From an uncultured Alphaproteobacteria bacterium (GTDB lineage: Bacteria > Pseudomonadota > Alphaproteobacteria > ATCC43930 > CGMCC-115725), in NCBI GenBank assembly GCA_963762575.1, contig CAVXLL010000014.1, forward strand, positions 235,811 to 299,810: DNA of 64,000 bases, in the 5' to 3' direction. Positions 17,437 through 27,291 of the stretch are shown here, in pieces (positions within the stretch are counted from its first letter, which is position 1; each line of letters opens with the position of its first letter). The notes under the pieces were generated by a model that worked only from the letters and a program-made list of their open reading frames with translations, ran no database searches and was not told the origin of the DNA. Both the position numbers and the translations under genes were made by a program.

Positions 17437-19188
17437 ATGTCTCCTGCTCTTGCGGGCGAGCGGCGGCCCCGCGCGCGAATTTATCTGGTCGGCACCATGC
17501 GTGCCGTGGGCCCCGGCGGGATCGACCTGTTGCCGCATGGCCGAAAAACACGCGCGCTGCTGGCTGTCCTATGCCTCGCGGAAGGTGAGCGCGTCCCGCG
17601 AACTCGTCTTGTTGGACTGTTGTGGGACAGATCGACCGACGCAAACGCCAGAACAAGCTTGCGGCAATCGCTCTCGGAGATCAATGGCTTCGTTAATCGC
17701 CATGTTCCTGGCCTTGTAGAGATCGGGCGCGACGCCGTGCGGATTGATGTCGGGAAGTGTTGGGTCGACGCACTCGCGATATTCGAGGCCAGCGCCGACG
17801 CGACCGCGAATTCCAGTAACCTCGTGCAGCCGTATAGCGAACGTCTTCTCGAAGATCTCGACGGGATCACGCCCTCGTTCGATCACTTGCTCGCAGGCGA
17901 GCGAACGCGCTTTGAGGATCGCGTGCGAAAAATTTTGGAGGCGGATCTCGACCGCGTGACTGAGCAGAACGCGAAACCGGAAGTGCGCGCGGCCGCCGCG
18001 CGCCGACTGATCAACTTCGAGCCGACACATGAGGGTGCCGTGCGCTGCCTGATGAAGGCTTTTGCGCAAATGGGCGATCGCGCGCAGGCAATTCGCGAAT
18101 TCGAGCGTTGCCGGCAGGCGCTGCTGAGAGTTTTGGACTTGCCTCCCTCCAGGGAGACGTTCGCTCTCTATGAAGCGATACGGAACGAAGCGCCGCAATT
18201 TCTCTCTCCGACGGACGATGACCGACCTACAGCCGAGCAAATCCCGCCGCAGGGTGCAGGGCCACACTTCACGTTCGGTCCCGCCGCTCTAATCGCGCTC
18301 TCACCCCCGGCCGAGATCGATGCCTCCGGAAATAACGTCGCCCGGATCCAGCAGTTCTTGCCACTCGCCCGCCGCGCTGCCGACGACCTAATTGGGCATC
18401 TCAACCCAAATGCCTTCCCGGAGCTCGTGCGCGATGTTGCGGATTATCGAGCAGCACTGACCGCCGAAGACAAATTCATCGTTTGGGGCATCGTTTTCGG
18501 ACTTGGAGTGATGCTTGAGAATGCGGCCGCCGCCGCGCGTAGAGAGATCGAAGATCGGATGCAGCCAGCACTTGAAGACGCTGCTCAATCCGCGCTCAAT
18601 TCCCTCTTGACTTTGCACGGGCCATTGATCCTCGCCACGGCTGAGGGTCGCGAATTGTCGGACGAGGCTGACCACATACGCCTGACACGCGACGAACAGG
18701 CGAAGCTACGTGCGGACGCGCAGGTGATCGCCGAGGCCTTGCAGCAGGACAATCGAGTAATCGAGCGGCCAGCGGCCGCGCTCGTCGCCAAAGCTGCTAA
18801 CGCAATAAATCAAGGCGGCCATCCCGAACGCGGTACGGTATTCGGGCTGGCGACAATGAAGAACTTAACGATCACTCTCATTGGCGTGGCGGCAGTCTCG
18901 GCTACTTTCGGCATGAACGTGGTTGAAGCTGGAGCGGCCCTCCTCACTATCGAGGCGGTAAAGAAAACCGAAACGTTCTCAGCGGTGACATCCATGCTAG
19001 GCCAGAACATAGATCGCGTCCTGCGAGTTGGTTCTGCCTACCGGCGGTTCGTGATGGCCAACCAGGGGCCACTGCGCCACATCGCCGCAAATACTGGTCA
19101 ATCAGGTTGGATGCTGCCCCACATCGACCGCATCGTCCAGGCCGAAGTGACGAACCAGGCCGATTTCCACGAGGTTCCACCCCAGTAG
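17437..19188 (+). CDS. SARP/AfsR-type regulator (winged-helix + BTAD) fused to an uncharacterised ~300-aa C-terminal region
   Basis: N-terminus: GRKTRALLAVLCLAEGERVPRTRLVGLLW (OmpR/PhoB-type wHTH). Then ERTRFEDRV..RRLINFEPTHEGAVRCLMKAFAQMGDRAQAIREFERCRQALLRVLDLPPSRET (BTAD). The C-terminal half is unrecognised and has one hydrophobic stretch, ITLIGVAAVSATFGMNVVEAGAALLTI. Confidence 0.85.
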   Translation: MSPALAGERRPRARIYLVGTMRAVGPGGIDLLPHGRKTRALLAVLCLAEGERVPRTRLVGLLWDRSTDANARTSLRQSLSEINGFVNRHVPGLVEIGRDAVRIDVGKCWVDALAIFEASADATANSSNLVQPYSERLLEDLDGITPSFDHLLAGERTRFEDRVRKILEADLDRVTEQNAKPEVRAAAARRLINFEPTHEGAVRCLMKAFAQMGDRAQAIREFERCRQALLRVLDLPPSRETFALYEAIRNEAPQFLSPTDDDRPTAEQIPPQGAGPHFTFGPAALIALSPPAEIDASGNNVARIQQFLPLARRAADDLIGHLNPNAFPELVRDVADYRAALTAEDKFIVWGIVFGLGVMLENAAAAARREIEDRMQPALEDAAQSALNSLLTLHGPLILATAEGRELSDEADHIRLTRDEQAKLRADAQVIAEALQQDNRVIERPAAALVAKAANAINQGGHPERGTVFGLATMKNLTITLIGVAAVSATFGMNVVEAGAALLTIEAVKKTETFSAVTSMLGQNIDRVLRVGSAYRRFVMANQGPLRHIAANTGQSGWMLPHIDRIVQAEVTNQADFHEVPPQ

Positions 19189-19352
19189 ACTGCCGCCGCC
19201 CGAGCAAACGCGCAATACAAACGGCGGCACCGGCAGGTAATGGTCGGCCGAATCTGGACCGAACTTTTCAGTGTGCGGGCTCCAGCTGGCGCCCCTCGAT
19301 CCGCCATCATGGTCGGCGAATTGAACGGCGTTTTGCACATCGGGGATCTAGG

Positions 19353-19381
19353 CCCTCGCGCGCGCGAGGGGATAAAAACTC
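19353..19381. repeat. GC hairpin + GATAAAAACTC tail motif, copy 2
   Basis: Perfect palindrome CCCTCGCGC/GCGCGAGGG (19353-19370) followed by GATAAAAACTC. Confidence 0.8.
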
Positions 19382-19587
19382 CGCTCCAGCAGGCAAGCAA
19401 CGATCCTATGTTTGAACATTTCGCTTCCCAAATCGCTTTTCGCGCGCCCCGCGACACCTACTGCCGGCACGATGAGTACAGGTGCAGAGTTTAGACGACT
19501 GCTCCGCGCCGATCCGTCTAGGGGCACCGCGATGTTGCCCCACTGTGCGGACGTTACAATCGGGAAACCGTGCCGGACGTAATTCTT

Positions 19588-20238
19588 TCAGGGATTCACC
19601 CGTACGTACACCCCGGCAGAACCCGGTGCATGCGTCATGGCCTGCCGCATGCGCGGCGAATTGGGCGAGGAATGTTGCTGTTGCTCCTTCCACTCCGGGC
19701 TTTCGGGCACGGCCGTACTGGCAAATTCGTAGACCGTGCTGTAGCCGCTGGTACCCTCGAGAACCCGATAACGGCGGGCGTAGATCACTCCCGGCACCTT
19801 GCGGTAGCCTGGCACATATTCCCTACTGTACCAGGCGTTCCACTCCGCATCGACCTCGGCGGGGACGGACATGCGGCCAATCTGCAACACCGGCGCCATG
19901 CCACGCTCCGGCATTTCCACGCCGTCCGGGTAAATCTGTTCCCCGACAATGCGTGTCAAATTCTTCCCAATCACGGACGGCGAGACTTTCTGTCCCCACG
20001 GCGTCCGCGGCCGGTTGGTAAACGCCGGCGTCTGCATCACCGCCACGCTTTCCAGTTCATAGCATGCCAGGTATTGCGGGCCACCCTTGACCGCCTCGTA
20101 GCGGGCCGCTGAGAGAATGCCGGGCACCGACAGCAATTCCGGTAGATGTTCCTTGTTATACCAGTCGTTGAATTCCTGCACGTGCTGGGCGTCGATATCA
20201 ACGTACACCATGAAAATCCCGCGACCTTTTTGTGCCAT
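19588..20238 (-). CDS. Tandem ferredoxin-fold (DUF4286/EthD-like) protein
   Basis: Two internal repeats, each with (F/W)N.WY..E(H/Y)(L/V)P..(PG)..A.RY: EFNDWYNKEHLPELLSVPGILSAARYE and EWNAWYSREYVPGYRKVPGVIYARRYR. Start taken at MAQKGRGIFMVYVD. Confidence 0.75.
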   Translation of the reverse strand: MAQKGRGIFMVYVDIDAQHVQEFNDWYNKEHLPELLSVPGILSAARYEAVKGGPQYLACYELESVAVMQTPAFTNRPRTPWGQKVSPSVIGKNLTRIVGEQIYPDGVEMPERGMAPVLQIGRMSVPAEVDAEWNAWYSREYVPGYRKVPGVIYARRYRVLEGTSGYSTVYEFASTAVPESPEWKEQQQHSSPNSPRMRQAMTHAPGSAGVYVRVNP

Positions 20239-20514
20239 GTTTCCGTCTCCTCTGTGAAGCCTAGCCACCATCGTTTTTGCCTCGGGTCGTTGGCACCCGG
20301 TCCTCACGCCCGGAGCCCAGGAGAGACACGAGACACCAACTGCGGAGCCATTTTAGTTAACACTGAAAATCGCATCGCTTGCAAACATACCTGTCGGGGT
20401 GGCCACTGTCGTCCGGCGAATTGCCGGCGAGTGCGCGTTTGTCGACGAGCGCGGCGGCGGCATTCGGCTCGAACCGGGCGGCCCGCAGCCCTCGTTCATC
20501 GCGTTACTGGTGTC

Positions 20515-20625
20515 GGGCTAGTCCCCGGATACCCGTGCCACGTTCCGCCGGCGCAGATGCGGCAGCGCCCGGTCGGCACCGGGCCGTTCAAGTTCTTCGA
20601 GTTCAAGCCCAATGAATCAGTTCTC
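20515..20625 (+). pseudogene. ABC substrate-binding protein fragment
   Basis: GYPCHVPPAQMRQRPVGTGPFKFFEFKPNES parallels IYPCHISARDMRTHPIGTGPFKFVEYKPNQS of the intact SBP at 54492-56087. Confidence 0.55.
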
Positions 20626-21003
20626 GGTTGCGGCGGTGAGGGTTGTTGATCGCGGCCCGCCGACGCATAGGCGAGCATCTGCGCCGTACTGACTTTGCAG
20701 GTTTATACGATCTTTGACATCCATCCGCTCCTTGCCGACGAGTTCGTTCGCCGCGGAGAGCCATCTCAGGCGGTTTGACCTGGCATTTCGGGCGTCCGCC
20801 TGTGCAGGGCCTCGATTTCGAGGTCGATGTGCGTGGCGTCGCTCAGGAATTGGTGATCTGACGCATACGCGCGACGCAAAAATTGCCACGCCGCTGAAGG
20901 ACGCGGGTTCTAAATAACTTTTGATTCTCCTCCGAGTAGTGCCGCTCTCTCCGGCCGAAGGAGACGGAACCTTGTGGCGCGTGTTGAAAGGGGTCTTTTC
21001 AAA

Positions 21004-21054
21004 GCGGGACCACGAGTTCGAATCCACCTCCCTCCAGTGCGAACTGTGCGGCCG
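21004..21054 (+). repeat. TLH repeat copy (short-loop variant)
   Basis: GCGGGACCACGAGTTCGAATCCACCTCCCTCCAGTGCGAACTGTGCGGCC. CAC(G)AGTTCG pairs with CGAACTGTG. Confidence 0.8.
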
Positions 21055-23198
21055 GTAGCACGCCGCTTACACCACAGGGTCTTCAACCCGGCACATTGGT
21101 CACGATCGGCGGCTCGGGGTTCTGCCCGGATTCACAGGTCAGCTTCGGCAATCCGGAGCTAGGTGCCACGGCGACGCCAAGCACCATCGCCACCGACGGC
21201 ACCTATATGACGGTTTCCACGCCGGTGCTCGCAACCGACGGCCCGGTGACCGTTTCGAGCGCAGGCGTGGCCGCTAGCTCACCGGAAAGCCTTCATGTCA
21301 ACAGCTATCGCAACGTCAACGGCTATCAGTTTCATAACTACGACCCGATCATCACATTCGATCAAATGACCGAGGCGTTCGGTGCAGGCCAAACATACAC
21401 GACCATTGTGATTCCTGTGTGCGTGATACTTGGTGTCTTCATAGACTGCAACATTACCGAAACCTTCAAAGACCCATTTGCGTTGCTTCTGCTCGCGATG
21501 CCAATGACACCATTGACGCCGGCGCCTGCTTCGGATTCTCACTCTCTACCCAGCAATTCCTAGAGGGGTCGGAATCGCTGGGTGGCTTCCCTAACGACGG
21601 CAACAACACGATCTTCGGGCTCGACACACCGTCGGATCCATCGGCGCTGCGCGATTTCATCAACGCAATGCATGTCTCGCAGCTGAGTGATCCGTTTCTC
21701 AGCCATTATCTGAGCGAAGCGTCCAGCCACCTCGCCGAGGGCGGCGCCGCCGCTGCGCAGGACGTATACAATGGGATTCGCGGCGTCTTTTCGCAAGGCC
21801 GTTTCCCGCTTATCTCGATGCGCGACGCAACTATCGTGACAAAGGGCCACGAGGTGGTCGCGTACAATATCGAGGACGCTCCGCCCAACTGGTACATCGA
21901 CGTCTATGACTCCAACGAGCCATTCAACGGTAGCGAGAATAGCACGACCGACGGCGGCGCCTTTCACAAGACGCAGTTCGAGGCTAGTCGTATCCAGATC
22001 GGTTCCACCGGGGAATGGTCCCTACCAAGCAGCGGCATTTCGGGAGACATGACAGGGCTCGTCGTGACCGACCCGGCGAGCCTGCCCGAGGATCCCACGA
22101 TGGCGACCGACCCCGCCGGGCTCATCGGAGTCTTGGCCAGCAGCGCCGGCACTGCTGGCACGAGGGGTACTGGCAGCGTCGGTCCATCGAGCCGGGTCAC
22201 GCAGGTGTCCGACGAGACCGGTCACACGCTCTTGACGCCCAAGGAAACCTCAATACAAACCCAGCGACCAGGCTGCGGGGCATGCCGTTTGCCCCGCTTG
22301 TCGCCGACACGGCGCGCAGCACTGGGGCCGCTGGCGCGGGGACCCCGCAGATAATCCTTCTTGGCAGCGGTGCGTCAACACTGCACGCGACTATAACCGA
22401 TACCAACTCTGGCAACGACACGCACACTTTCCTTGGCCAAGGCTTTGCCGCTCAGATTGTCACGGCCGCTGCAGGACGCGGTGTTGTGGACAAGCTTACA
22501 CTTGACCCTGCTGCCGGCGCCGGATTCGCCACGACCGCCCCGAGCAAGCCGCTGACCTTGAAGCTTATCGGAGCGATGGGGAAAGACCGCCGCACCGTCG
22601 AGATCACGACGACCAGCTTCAGCGGCGCCGGCGATTTGTTATCATTTACGGACTCAAGCAGCGGCCTTTCGTTCATCCACAACGGCCCTGCGACTACGTT
22701 CACCATCAGCCTCTGGTCGCAGGGCCCGACCAGCGCGCCGACGCTTTTCCAGAGCGACCCGCTGCCGATCGGCGCCGGCGAGACCGCGCGGCTCGACTCG
22801 ATCCAATGGGACTCGCTTACCGACACCACACTGAAGGTTACCAGCGGCGGGCGGACGGTCACCGTCGCCAATCGCCTTCCGCCGCCGCGGTCAGCCACGA
22901 TCAACTCACTGCAGGTCACGAAAGTGGGCGACCGAACCGCCAAGCTCACGATCCGCGCCGGGCTCCGAGAATTGCGGGCCGGAGCAAACTCGCGTTTGGA
23001 TGGGTTGTGCAGCGCGAAGGTCGAGTAGTGGCGACCCACGGGCAGTTGGTGCCGGCCGGCACGGAGACGGCGAGCTTCGAATTCACCCCGACAGACCCGG
23101 GCCGCTATGATCTGACCGCAACCGTTACCGTGATCTCAAGCAGCCTTGCACCCGAGGGAGCGGCGTCCACCAGCCGAACGATACCGTTTAGCCTGTAA
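21055..23198 (+). pseudogene. Large secreted/surface-type protein (IPT/TIG-like N-terminus), 5'-truncated, at least 3 frameshifts
   Basis: Coding signal runs through four overlapping frames (21096-21563, 21419-22354, 22015-23028, 22806-23198). N-terminus PGTLVTIGGSGFCPDSQVSFG..TYMTVSTPVLATDGPVTV. Frame changes near 21500, 22230 and 23000. Confidence 0.65.
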
Positions 23199-23240
23199 TC
23201 ATCAGCTGGGCGGCCGAGAATAGTCAGCAATAGCCGCCCG

Positions 23241-23345
23241 TGCGCGGAATCCGGCCTTGCGATTGGTGACCGCGGCCAGGGTATTCATCAGATCGCGGGT
23301 TGACCTGGCCAGCGGGTCGAACTCCGTCACCATCAGCACGTTGCC
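23241..23345 (-). pseudogene. Small serine recombinase (resolvase) fragment
   Basis: GNVLMVTEFDPLARSTRDLMNTLAAVTNRKAGFRA matches the conserved resolvase core (..DRLARSTRDLLN..L...G..F). Confidence 0.6.
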
Positions 23346-23399
23346 GGCAGCGACTTCGGGGAGAGAAGCCGGCGAAGCTGCACGCCGTCGGCTCAACGA

Positions 23400-24400
23400 G
23401 GAGCGCCCGCTGCGCCGGTTCGGCCGTCACCCGCCGCGCGCTGCTCGAAGAGCTCGATCGGCCCAACCTCAAGCGCTTGCCGGCGGAGCCCTACTCCTTT
23501 GCCGAATGGCGCCTGCGCCGGGTCGGCGTTCACTACCATGTCGAGGTCGAGGCTCCCTTCTAGAGTGTCCCGCACTCCCGCACCGCTTCGCGCGTAGCGA
23601 GGTCGAGGTGCGGCTGACGCCGCAGACCGTCGAGATCTTTCTCAAGGCGAGCGGATCGCAGCGCATCGGCGAGCCAGCGGCAACCACGGGTGCCCACCAT
23701 TACCGAGCCATGCCGTCGAGCCATCGACGTTACGTCGACTGGACCATTGATCGCTGATCCTCGAACGTCGTCCGCATCCTGAACAAGGCTTCCGCGCCTG
23801 CCTGGGCATCGTCCGGCTGGTGCGGCCATTCGGCCCGGCTCGCCTCGAAGCCGCAGCAACGCGGGCCATCGAGATCGGCGCCCTGACCTACGGGTCGGTA
23901 CGCTCGATCCTCGACCACAAGCTCGACCGCCAAACGCCGCCCCGCCCGCCCAGCGATGGCGTGCCGGTCCTGCATGCCAATATCCGCGGGCCGCGCTACT
24001 ACCATTAAGGAGAACCGAGTTGCTCACCCACCCGACGCTCGACCAGCTGCACCAGCTCGGCCTCCCCGGCATGGCCCAGGCCTTCGCCGAATTGGAAGCC
24101 TCCGTCGACGCCGCGACGCTCAGCCACGCCGACTGGCTTGGGTTGCTGCTCGATCGCGAGCTTACGCATCGCCGTGACAAGCGGCTCGCTGCCCGTCTGC
24201 GCTATGCGCGTCCGCGCCAGCACGCCGTCATCGAGGACGATCACAACCGCGCCCCGCGTGACCTCGACCCCGCCCTGTTCCAGAAGCTTGCCGTCGGCGA
24301 ACGGATCGACGCGCACGACAATCTGATCTTGTGCGGGCCGCCCGGTGTCGGCAAGAGTTGGCTGGCTGCGGCCTCGGTCACAAGGCGTGCGCGACAACCG
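23400..24400 (+). mobile_element. IS21-family remnant (istA 3' part with frameshifts, istB 5' part)
   Basis: IstA pieces: LPAEPYSFAEWRLRRVGVHYHVEVE, EVEVRLTPQTVEIF, RLEAAATRAIEIGALTYGSVRSILDHKLDRQ..HANIRGPRYYH. IstB 24020-: MLTHPTLDQLHQLGLPGMAQAFAE..DKRLAARLRYAR..NLILCGPPGVGKSWLA, then decays. Confidence 0.78.
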
Positions 24401-24579
24401 CTTAGTGCTCTATCAGCGGGTCAGCGTGCTATTCTCGTCGAGAGCGGCGAGCGACCTTGATTTGGCCTGCGCGCCTGGCCCACGATGTTATTCGTCCCGA
24501 TAGCGAGATAGGGATGGGCTTGGTGCCTTGCAGGGCGCGGCGCTCCTGCGCCGTTGGGGTTTACGATGCAGCAGTAGCC

Positions 24580-25110
24580 TCAGCGCGAGATTGCCTCGAG
24601 GCGCAGATTTGTGGTGCGCGGGCCCATCGATGCGATCACGACAAAAACGGAGACCATTGCGGTTGCAATGAATAGGAAGACGTCGGTCGTCCCGTAATTC
24701 CTGAGAAAAAAGGCGATGAAAAATCCGACGAAGATCGTGCTGAAACGGCTCCAAGAATACGTGAAGCCGACGGCGCGGGCGCGGATCCGGGTCGGGTAGA
24801 GCTCTGACTGATAGGTATGCAGCGAATAGGCGAGCATGGTATTGGAAAACGCGATCAACAGGCCAAAGACGACGATTCCGGCGGCGCTCCTCTGTTGCGA
24901 AAAACAGAGGCCAAAAACCGCGATCCCGAGCGCCGACCCGGCAAGCTGCCATTTTCGCTCGAGGCGGTCCGCGAACTGGGTCGCGGCCAGGGCGGCTCCC
25001 GGCGAGGCGAGCGCGATCACGAACGTGTAGGCGAGCGATTTTGTAATGTTGATCCCTTGCGAAAGTAGCAGTGTCGGAACCCAGCTCGTAAACCAGTAAT
25101 AGCCGATAGT
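24580..25110 (-). pseudogene. MFS transporter, C-terminal half only (3' part of a 437-aa chimeric ORF)
   Basis: TIGYYWFTSWVPTLL..YQSELYPTRIRARAVGFTYSWSRFSTIFVGFF..: MFS helices 7-12 with the sugar-porter-type motif. It is joined in frame to a desaturase fragment at 25110/25111. Confidence 0.75.
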
Positions 25111-25893
25111 GTGGTAGGGCATATTCCACATCAGCAATCGTATCGGGAAGGAGGTCAAGGTGGTGCGCGTGTTGGTCAGGCCGTTGCGGTCCAAGCTGCA
25201 GCCGGTATGCTCGGCAATCAGCAAAATGCGCAAGAACGGCTGCGCGAGGATCGCCGGCACAAACCAGAAATAAGTGTCGCTCGGAACCCGAACGCGATTC
25301 CAATCGCGCCGGCCAGGTAGATCAGCAACTGAACCGACACCGAGACGGCGATCCGGCGCCGTGCGCTGTCGGGAACAAACGGCGCTCGGCTCCGTCCTAA
25401 ACGCCAGCGCCGGGTAATCAATTGCGCGGCGTACCCAAAACATCACGCCGCTGATTTCCCTAACGTACCCGAGCAGGTTGCTTGCCTTGGAAAAGGCCAG
25501 CTCCGGATCGCGTGCCGGGTCTTGCGTGTAGCGGTGATGCCAGGAATGAAAATGCCAGTAATAAGTTGAGTTATAGAAACTGGCGATGCCGGCCAACCAG
25601 CCGACGGTCACATTCACGGCCCGCGACGCGAAAGCCGTACGGTGGACGCATTCGTGCATTGGAGCAAAGAGCGTGACGATCGTGACCCCGTGCAACGCCA
25701 TCGCCGGAATGAACAGAGGCCAGAAAGGCGCAGCTACCCAGACCAGCAGTGCGGTCGCCGACATGCAACCGAGATGCGCCGCCAATTGCAGCGCGCCGCG
25801 ACAATTGGAGCGTCCCGTGAACCGCGCCAGATCGGAGCGGCCTAGCAGAGCGCGTCCCGGCTGGTGGCCCTCCACCGATGTGGCAATCGGCAA
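25111..25893 (-). pseudogene. Membrane fatty-acid desaturase family gene, internally frameshifted and 3'-truncated
   Basis: His boxes HECVH and HSWHH, later EHTGC and NMPYH. The middle section reads better in another frame (FVPDSARRRIAVSVSVQLLIYLAGAIGIAFG, ORF 25218-25421). Homology stops at NMPYH. Confidence 0.7.
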
Positions 25894-26086
25894 GCTGCAC
25901 GAAGCCGAATCCCTTGTCGGGGTTGTACCATTTGACTACGGCTTGGATCGGCGGACCGGAGGGCGCTTCAAACCTCTGGGCGTTAGATCCCGATACAGCT
26001 CCGAAACTGCGCCGAGGTGTTTCGAAGTTGTCGTCGTCGAAGCCACGGCGACGGCTGGGGCGAAAGTCTCTCTCTCTGCTGCTCAC
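25894..26086 (-). pseudogene. Cold-shock-domain protein, 5' fragment
   Basis: MSSRERDFRPSRRRGFDDDNFE..PIQAVVKWYNPDKGFGFVQLAD. The CSD is cut after the RNP1 region where the desaturase fragment begins. Confidence 0.65.
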
Positions 26087-26190
26087 GTGATTCTCTGGAG
26101 GCGTATGGAATGCTCCCCAATCTGAAATGAGGAGGGGTGATCGTCAACGAATTCCGGGTGATGAGAGCCCGAAAACGCAACTCTTTGCGA

Positions 26191-26245
26191 GAGGGACCGA
26201 TGGTTCGAAGCCGGCTCCCTCCACCAGCGAGTCCGCTGCGAACCT
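26191..26245 (+). repeat. TLH repeat copy
   Basis: GAGGGACCGATGGTTCGAAGCCGGCTCCCTCCACCAGCGAGTCCGCTGCGAACC. Confidence 0.75.
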
Positions 26246-26343
26246 TGACTTTCTCGATCAGGGATGCGCCCGCGCCCCGCGACATGCATGGCGCAACGGG
26301 CATCGGCTCTTCCCGGCCAGCCGGAGCCGCAGCCGCAACCGCT

Positions 26344-27291
26344 TCATGCGCACGCTTCTGCGCCGCCGCTTGGCCGCGTCCGGACGGAGCTGATCCCGGC
26401 CGAACGCGCTTCGGCGATGACCTCGGCAATGGCGCTATGGTTGCGCGGCGCCATGATGTGAGCGCCGCTTACTGCCGGGATTTGCGTGAGTTCTTGCAGC
26501 AGTTCGATACAGATCCGCTTTCCCTCGGCTTTCGGGTCGCCGGCTCGTGCGAGCCGGTCGATTACGGCATCAGGGATGATCGAGCCGGGCAGATGCTCGC
26601 GCATCCATAATGCCGTCCGCGCCGAAGGCAGCGGGGCAATCCCGATCAGCACGAAAAGGCGCTCGGTAATTCCTTCTTCGGCCAGCCGGTTCATGTAACG
26701 CCGCGTAATCGCGCCATCCATGCAGAACTGCGTCTGCGTGAACTGTGCCCCGGCGGCAATCTTGTTTCGCAATGAAACCGGGGTCCAGTTGGGGGCTGGG
26801 TCTAGCGGTGTGTCTGCAACGCCAATGAAGAAATCGGCGCCGCCCGCGACCCTGCGTCCCGAAGGCAGTTCATGGCGATCGCGGATGCGGACGGCGGTCT
26901 CGATCAGTTTGCGGGAATCGAGATCGAAGACCGGCTTCGCCTCGGGCTGGTCGCCGGCGCTGGGATCATCGCCGGTCAGGATCAGCAGATTGCAAATTCC
27001 CAGTGCAGCCGCCCCCAATAAATCACTCTGCAAAGCAATGCGGTTGCGATCGCGGCAGGTCAGCTGGAAGACCGGCTCGATGCCTTCTCGAACAAGAATG
27101 GCAGCGGCCGCCAGTGCGCTCATATGGACGCGCGCGCTCGCTCCATCCGTGATATTGACCGCATTGGCCAGTCCGCCAAGCGGCATGGCCTTTTCCAACA
27201 GATCCTCTGGATCGCTCGACAACGGTGGGGAGATCTCTGCGGTGATTACAAAGTCGCCGGCGCGGAGTTTGGAACCAAACCCGTCGCTCAC
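26344..27291 (-). CDS. Methylenetetrahydrofolate reductase (MTHFR/MetF) family protein
   Basis: FVITAEISPP..NAVNITDGASARVHMSALAAAAIL..GIEPVFQLTCRDRNRIALQSDLLGAAALGICNLLILTGDD..GAQFTQTQFCMD typical of the MTHFR TIM barrel. GTG start overlaps the upstream stop (GTGA). Confidence 0.85.
   Translation of the reverse strand: MSDGFGSKLRAGDFVITAEISPPLSSDPEDLLEKAMPLGGLANAVNITDGASARVHMSALAAAAILVREGIEPVFQLTCRDRNRIALQSDLLGAAALGICNLLILTGDDPSAGDQPEAKPVFDLDSRKLIETAVRIRDRHELPSGRRVAGGADFFIGVADTPLDPAPNWTPVSLRNKIAAGAQFTQTQFCMDGAITRRYMNRLAEEGITERLFVLIGIAPLPSARTALWMREHLPGSIIPDAVIDRLARAGDPKAEGKRICIELLQELTQIPAVSGAHIMAPRNHSAIAEVIAEARSAGISSVRTRPSGGAEACA

Noticed and set aside
24580-25893. 437-aa ORF as a single functional gene.
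   Set aside because: Its N-terminal two-thirds are a desaturase with an out-of-frame middle section. Its last 176 residues are the C-terminal half of an MFS transporter. It is a fusion of fragments.
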